Shown here: positions 27,689-32,000 of the stretch, in pieces | Position numbering within the stretch: the stretch's first letter is position 1 | Layout of the letters: the number at the start of each line of letters is the position of its first letter | NCBI RefSeq assembly: GCF_900232105.1 | Contig: NZ_LT934425.1 | Span: 330,001-362,000, forward strand | Length of the DNA: 32,000 nt | From: Candidatus Kuenenia stuttgartensis | GTDB taxonomy: Bacteria; Planctomycetota; Brocadiia; Brocadiales; Brocadiaceae | Direction: 5' to 3' | Position numbers and translations under genes: made by a program | Notes under the pieces: model-generated | Databases searched by the model: none | The model's input: only the letters and a program-made list of their open reading frames with translations | Told to the model about the DNA's origin: nothing

Positions 27689-28400
27689 TTAGCTCGCTTT
27701 TTTTAATACAACAATAGCAATTTTGTCTGTATCTCTTATTTCATCAATCCGTCTGCCGGAGATTGCAACCCTTGCCGGAGCAATCGTTTCAAATGATAAT
27801 AAATAATCTGCAATACGCCCTGCCCTATCAATTATCAATTTCTTTTGTGCTGAAATTTTCTGCCATTCGACACCCCCAACACTCGTATCCACAATAATCT
27901 TTCCGCGCGTCATTCCCAAAACAGAACTCAGTTTTTTAAAAATATTATTTGCTTCCCATGTTAAAATTGACTCACCTTTTTCAAAACAAACATCTACTGG
28001 TATTTTTACAATATATCCTACCTTTATCTCTTCAATGTCAATATAATTAGCTTAATTCGGATTTCGTAACAAAATCGTTTAAATATTGATACCATTCTTT
28101 ATCTTCAACAAATTTTTCCGTTTCCGTCAATTCCTGCATTCGCGTGGGCGGAAAATCAACTTCTTTAATATCAACAATGTCGGACTTTGCATCTTTGTCT
28201 AGAGGTTGTTTGCTGCCTTCCAATACATGAGTACCCCCAATACTAGCCTGAACCTGTTTCATGGCTTCTTTATATTTATCAACATTGATCGTAGAAAGGC
28301 TTATTAACATAACAAAAAATGTTACTAACAATGTCACCATATCGCCGTATGTTAGCAACCATCCTGGAGTTTCCGGGCCTTTCGGCGCTTCTTCTGACAT
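27689..28400 (-). pseudogene. motB: MotB split over two reading frames (apparent frameshift at about 28048-28055)
   Basis: 28047-28400 encodes MSEEAPKGPETPGWLLTYGDMVTLLVTFFVMLISLSTINVDKYKEAM...DFVTKSELS*. A second frame, open from 28051 to 27689, reads ANYIDIEEIKVGYIVKIPVDVCFEKGESILTWEANNIFKKLSSVLGMTRGKIIVDTSVGG...IIDRAGRIADYLLSFETIAPARVAISGRR..., with no ATG/GTG/TTG start until TTG at 27919. Confidence 0.75.
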
Positions 28401-28405
28401 TGTTT

Positions 28406-29194
28406 CTATTCCTTTTTATTTTCTTCAGACATTTTCATCGCATCCTTCGGCTGCAAAAACGCCTTCAATTTGTCTTCGGTAATCATGGGTGCATCACCTT
28501 TTTGTATTGAAACAACGCCTTCCAGTATGATTTCTTTCGACAAAAGTTCTTTGCTGCTTAACGTTTCTAATCTGCCACCAAGTGGTATAAAAATAAGATT
28601 TGACAAAATAACCCCATACAATGTAGTTATAAGCGCAACCGCCATACCGCCGCCAATTTTTGAGGGGTCATCGAGGTTTTTTAACATATTAACAAGGCCC
28701 AACAACGTTCCAATCATACCATAAGCAGGAGCCACCATTCCTGCAAAATCAAGAATACCCTTGCCAGATGTATGTCTTTGTCTTATTTTATCAATTTCAG
28801 TTCCGAGAATATCCCTTAAGGCATCCGAGTCCGAACCGTCCACCAGTAATCTTACCGACTTAACCAAAAATGGATCATTTATTTTTTCAACCTCTTTCTC
28901 GAGTCCCAAAAGACCTTCGCGACGACTGACTTTACAAAATTCAACCAACCGCTTGATTTCTTCCTCAATTGGCCCAAATTTAACAAATACCGTTTTCTTT
29001 GCTACGGCAATCGCTCCAATTACTGTCGGTATCGGAAATCGTACGATGGTCGCAGCCAACGTCCCACCAACTACAATCATTATGGAAGGTATGTTGATGT
29101 AAGCAATAACTGCCGCTCCACCTCCATCCATCACAATAGATACCAATATCAACGCAGCACCAATTATTATCCCTATTAGTGCACCAGGATCCAT
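28406..29194 (-). CDS. motA: flagellar motor stator protein MotA (MotA/TolQ/ExbB family)
   Basis: 262-aa; GALIGIIIGAALILVSI, GGTLAATIVRFPI, GKGILDFAGMVAPAYGMIGTLLGLVNMLKNLDDPSKIGGGMAVALITTLYGVILSNLIFIPLGGRL. Confidence 0.93.
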   Translation of the reverse strand: MDPGALIGIIIGAALILVSIVMDGGGAAVIAYINIPSIMIVVGGTLAATIVRFPIPTVIGAIAVAKKTVFVKFGPIEEEIKRLVEFCKVSRREGLLGLEKEVEKINDPFLVKSVRLLVDGSDSDALRDILGTEIDKIRQRHTSGKGILDFAGMVAPAYGMIGTLLGLVNMLKNLDDPSKIGGGMAVALITTLYGVILSNLIFIPLGGRLETLSSKELLSKEIILEGVVSIQKGDAPMITEDKLKAFLQPKDAMKMSEENKKE

Positions 29195-29485
29195 AATTTA
29201 TTTTCTCCATGCAAAAAAATGATAACGTTTTAAAACAAATTTCGTGTTCATAAAATTTTTTCTCGAAATATTACCTTCTATTTAAAACTTACGCAAGTTC
29301 TTTTTATGTATATATTTGGATTTAAATTGCAGATATTTGCCGTGGATAATGTATCGGTTTTCTTATTCGCAGCGGTATGTCCAGATATGAAATAATATGC
29401 TTCTTCAACTGACGGGGGAAATTTTTATGTCAATTTAGTGGAACTTCTCAACTTTAGTCAAACAAATACAACCATGACCTCTTAC

Positions 29486-30157
29486 TCAACCATGCCGCAC
29501 ATAGATATCGCGTGCAACAGTTGAATCGATTGCAATTTGTGTTTGGCCCATTTGTATCACATAGGTGGGGTATTTCTGGTGTAGGTGGATTTTTATCCCT
29601 GGCAATAATCCCATTGAAGAAAGCCTGTCCAGTCTACCGTTAAATTTCGTAACAATGTAAGAAATTTTAGCGTTTTTCCCAGGCTGTAATTCTGTAAGTG
29701 GAAATACTACAGGGCGTATTTCCTGATCAGTTTTCCTGCAGCAATCACCCGGAGGGATATTTTTCCCATGAGGACATGTTAATGGGTGACCCAAAAGCGT
29801 GCATATGCTTGTTGTTACCTCTTCGCTCAAAAAATGCTCAAAATCACACGCGCTGGAATCCATGGCTTCTTCTTTTACCTCTAAAACATCGTGCAATAAT
29901 CTTTCCGCAAGTCTGTGCCTTCTGATGATTAATTTTGCTTCCACCTGACCCTTTTCCGTCAGAATAACTTTATTATCTTTTAACAAAATATATCCATTAT
30001 TCACAAGTGTTTTCAGATATGCTTCAGCAAAAGAACTGCCTTCCTTCCTGATCAGCAATTCCTTCTCGGTTTCACCATGTTCTTCTTCAATTGTCCATAT
30101 CAACTCCAGCAATTCTTCATGGCAAGACTCAATTATGTTCACGTTTTTTTTCTCCAT
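29486..30157 (-). CDS. DtxR/MntR-family metal-dependent regulator with C-terminal FeoA-like (SH3) domain
   Basis: Winged helix followed by HRLAERLLHDVL..., CDFEHFLSEEVTTSICTLLGHPLTCPHGKNIPPG, and C-terminal GRLDRLSSMGLLPGIKIHLHQKYPTYVIQMGQTQIAIDSTVARDIYV. Confidence 0.9.
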   Translation of the reverse strand: MEKKNVNIIESCHEELLELIWTIEEEHGETEKELLIRKEGSSFAEAYLKTLVNNGYILLKDNKVILTEKGQVEAKLIIRRHRLAERLLHDVLEVKEEAMDSSACDFEHFLSEEVTTSICTLLGHPLTCPHGKNIPPGDCCRKTDQEIRPVVFPLTELQPGKNAKISYIVTKFNGRLDRLSSMGLLPGIKIHLHQKYPTYVIQMGQTQIAIDSTVARDIYVRHG

Positions 30158-30551
30158 ACAGTTCCATTCTCAAACAATAGTTTGGTTTTGTTATTTTTAT
30201 AAGAATTATCATGATGACAACCATAATACCGCCACCGATGAAATCATATTCCGAACGATATGTACGAAACACTATAATTTTTGAAAATACTTCTGAAAGA
30301 ATTACTCCAAAAATAAAGCCGCCAATTAATGATATTATTTTATTTTTATTTATCCAGTTTCTGTTATCACGCAAGATAACAAGCTGTCCAGCCTTTACTT
30401 TATTTAGTCCGGCTACCTTTATGATATCTTTTGTTCCTGTTTTCTTGGGGCATGACGAACAGTTACTACACGCGCTTTGTGTATCAACAATACATACCTC
30501 TGCACACTCTTCCGAAAGAGAAACAATCCTGCCTATCATTTGTCCCATCAA
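30129..30551 (-). CDS. RseC/MucC-like membrane protein with CxxCxxC cysteine cluster
   Basis: 140-aa; GRIVSLSEECAEVCIVDTQSACSNCSSCPKKTG followed by two hydrophobic helices, as in RseC-type proteins. Confidence 0.72.
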   Translation of the reverse strand: MMGQMIGRIVSLSEECAEVCIVDTQSACSNCSSCPKKTGTKDIIKVAGLNKVKAGQLVILRDNRNWINKNKIISLIGGFIFGVILSEVFSKIIVFRTYRSEYDFIGGGIMVVIMIILIKITKPNYCLRMELYGEKKREHN

Positions 30552-31987
30552 AATAAACGCAAAACAATTCTTAACAAACCCCCAACGAGTATAGAATAGG
30601 GCAATATAAATGCAAACATTAAAAATGCGTTTTTCGCACCGCGCTCTTTGATCATAACAAAAAAATTTGCAATGCAGGGAATAAACAAGGTGATAACCAC
30701 GAGGGAAACCAGTAACTGTTTTGGATCTATTACATGCCCCACCCCCTGTTCTTCCAACACTTTAAAAATACTAACCGCTCCATAATCTCTTCTTAAAAAC
30801 CCTAAAATAAATCCGCGGGTCGTTTCAACCGGCAATCCTAAAAAATATCCGATTACTGGTTGCCCTATTTTCTCAACAAAAGATAACACTCCCAACTTTG
30901 TAGCAACAAATAAAACAAGCGTACCCAGTACAAACAAAGGTACGGCCTCTTTCATAAACCAGTTAACCCGATAAAATGTCTTTATGAATATATTGGATAA
31001 TTTTGGCATGCGAAACGGAGGTATCTCCATTATAAAATCAGAGGGGGCGCCTGGCAGGATTATTGCTGATAAATAACCAACAAAAAAAAGCTGTGAGCAA
31101 ATAATAAGAAAATATGCCGCAAAATATATCCCGGAAATACTACCGAGAACACTTGCAATCACCCCTAGCTGCGCGGAACAGGGTACCGCCAATGCTAACA
31201 ACAGGGTGGCAATAATCCTTTCCTTTTTCGTATTTAAAATCCTGGTGGTCATCGTTGCCATCGTGTCACATCCCAAACCTAAAACCATTGGAAGCACGGC
31301 CTTTCCGTTTAATCCGATACGCTTAAATGTCTTGTCCACCATCACCCCCAGTCTGGGCAAATACCCGCTGTCTTCCATAATGCCAAATGCAAGAAAGAAA
31401 AACCCTACAATGGGGAAAACGATTGCAATCGCATAGGTAAGTCCTACCTGAATCAGCCCTGATTGCGCATTTAAAAATAATTCGTAAATCAAATTATCTT
31501 TACTCATTATTTTTTGTGCCAACAGTCCAATATAATAATTTATTCCCTCGAAATTGATGTGGGTAAAAGTATAAACCTTTTTAAGAAAAGGAATATACAC
31601 ACATAAATCAAAGCCATCCGAGGGCGTTTCCGCACTGCCAAATATCTTGTTTTCTAAAAAGTCCACACACACACCGGAACCAAACTCTCCCACCCATTTG
31701 TAAACTATCCACAAAATTATTATCAACAGGGGAAATGCAGCTATGGGATGCATGGTAATCCGCCCCAAAACTTCGGTAATTTTACTCCGTGTTTTAAATT
31801 CATTTTTATAAAGATACAACGTAAAATAAAGGGACATTATGCCGCCGGCAGAAAGTTCCAGCACGGTCTCAAGGACATCGGATACCTGCAACTTCATGGT
31901 AATTGCATACATGAGCAACGACATAAGTTTATATCCGATTAAAAAAGTCGTCAGGGGTACCAAAAAGAAGAAAAATACTCCCCTCAT
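30548..31987 (-). CDS. feoB: ferrous iron transporter FeoB, membrane core (possibly C-terminal part of a larger ORF)
   Basis: Gate/core motifs GIMEDSGYLPRLGVMVDKTFKRIGLNGKAVLPMVLGLGCDTMATMTTRIL, AVPCSAQLGVI, GFLRRDYGAVSIF, IPCIANFFVMIKERGAK. No G-domain inside the window; reverse frame is open upstream of the ATG (acc cgg ccg ttt ATG) to the window edge. Confidence 0.9.
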   Translation of the reverse strand: MRGVFFFFLVPLTTFLIGYKLMSLLMYAITMKLQVSDVLETVLELSAGGIMSLYFTLYLYKNEFKTRSKITEVLGRITMHPIAAFPLLIIILWIVYKWVGEFGSGVCVDFLENKIFGSAETPSDGFDLCVYIPFLKKVYTFTHINFEGINYYIGLLAQKIMSKDNLIYELFLNAQSGLIQVGLTYAIAIVFPIVGFFFLAFGIMEDSGYLPRLGVMVDKTFKRIGLNGKAVLPMVLGLGCDTMATMTTRILNTKKERIIATLLLALAVPCSAQLGVIASVLGSISGIYFAAYFLIICSQLFFVGYLSAIILPGAPSDFIMEIPPFRMPKLSNIFIKTFYRVNWFMKEAVPLFVLGTLVLFVATKLGVLSFVEKIGQPVIGYFLGLPVETTRGFILGFLRRDYGAVSIFKVLEEQGVGHVIDPKQLLVSLVVITLFIPCIANFFVMIKERGAKNAFLMFAFILPYSILVGGLLRIVLRLF

Positions 31988-32000
31988 AAACGGCCGGGTT

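Noticed and set aside
28046-28056. Programmed +1 frameshift in motB
   Set aside because: No prfB-like CUU-UGA slip site, no preceding strong SD-like stimulator recognised, and no functional rationale; an indel or sequencing error is more likely.
1-32000. Search for CRISPR arrays, phage genes, transposases, rRNA and tRNA
   Set aside because: No regularly spaced direct repeats, Cas-like ORFs, transposase motifs, phage structural proteins or recognisable tRNA/rRNA segments were seen by eye. A tRNAscan/Infernal run would be decisive.

Overview
The window is AT-rich, gene-dense bacterial chromosome. Gene content (NnrS-like protein with ScdA_N/DUF1858-type domains, planctomycete-style hypotheticals, B12-radical SAM, LysM-L,D-transpeptidase) suggests an anammox-type planctomycete (Brocadiales). 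That placement is inference, not demonstrated. From left to right I read: a 3'-truncated DEAD-box helicase (minus strand, no track ORF because it runs off the edge), alpha-glucan phosphorylase, an AmiS/UreI-like channel, a second DEAD-box helicase, a B12-binding radical SAM protein, a VOC protein, an RNase HI-like protein, an orphan ParA, and a fusion with ScdA_N/DUF1858-like ends around an NnrS-like membrane core. These are followed by pgsA, rimO, ftsK, dut, coaC, gmk, yicC, secG, tpiA, pheA, a NYN-domain protein overlapping rnc, and two small or unknown cysteine-containing proteins. The right end carries a cyclodeaminase-like protein, a LysM/YkuD transpeptidase, an OmpA/MotB-like protein, motB split by a frameshift, motA, and an iron module of DtxR with a FeoA-like C-terminus, an RseC-like CxxCxxC protein and FeoB. 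I found no CRISPR array, phage, transposase, rRNA or tRNA. The strongest non-obvious signals are two related nested-hairpin elements with terminal inverted repeats near 1.1 kb and 4.0-4.4 kb, a separate 228-bp element with 41-nt inverted ends near 7.0-7.2 kb, the motB frameshift, the ScdA_N/NnrS/DUF1858-like fusion, and the feoB/RseC-like/DtxR-FeoA cluster. I cannot support a claim of a completely new defence or mobile system here.
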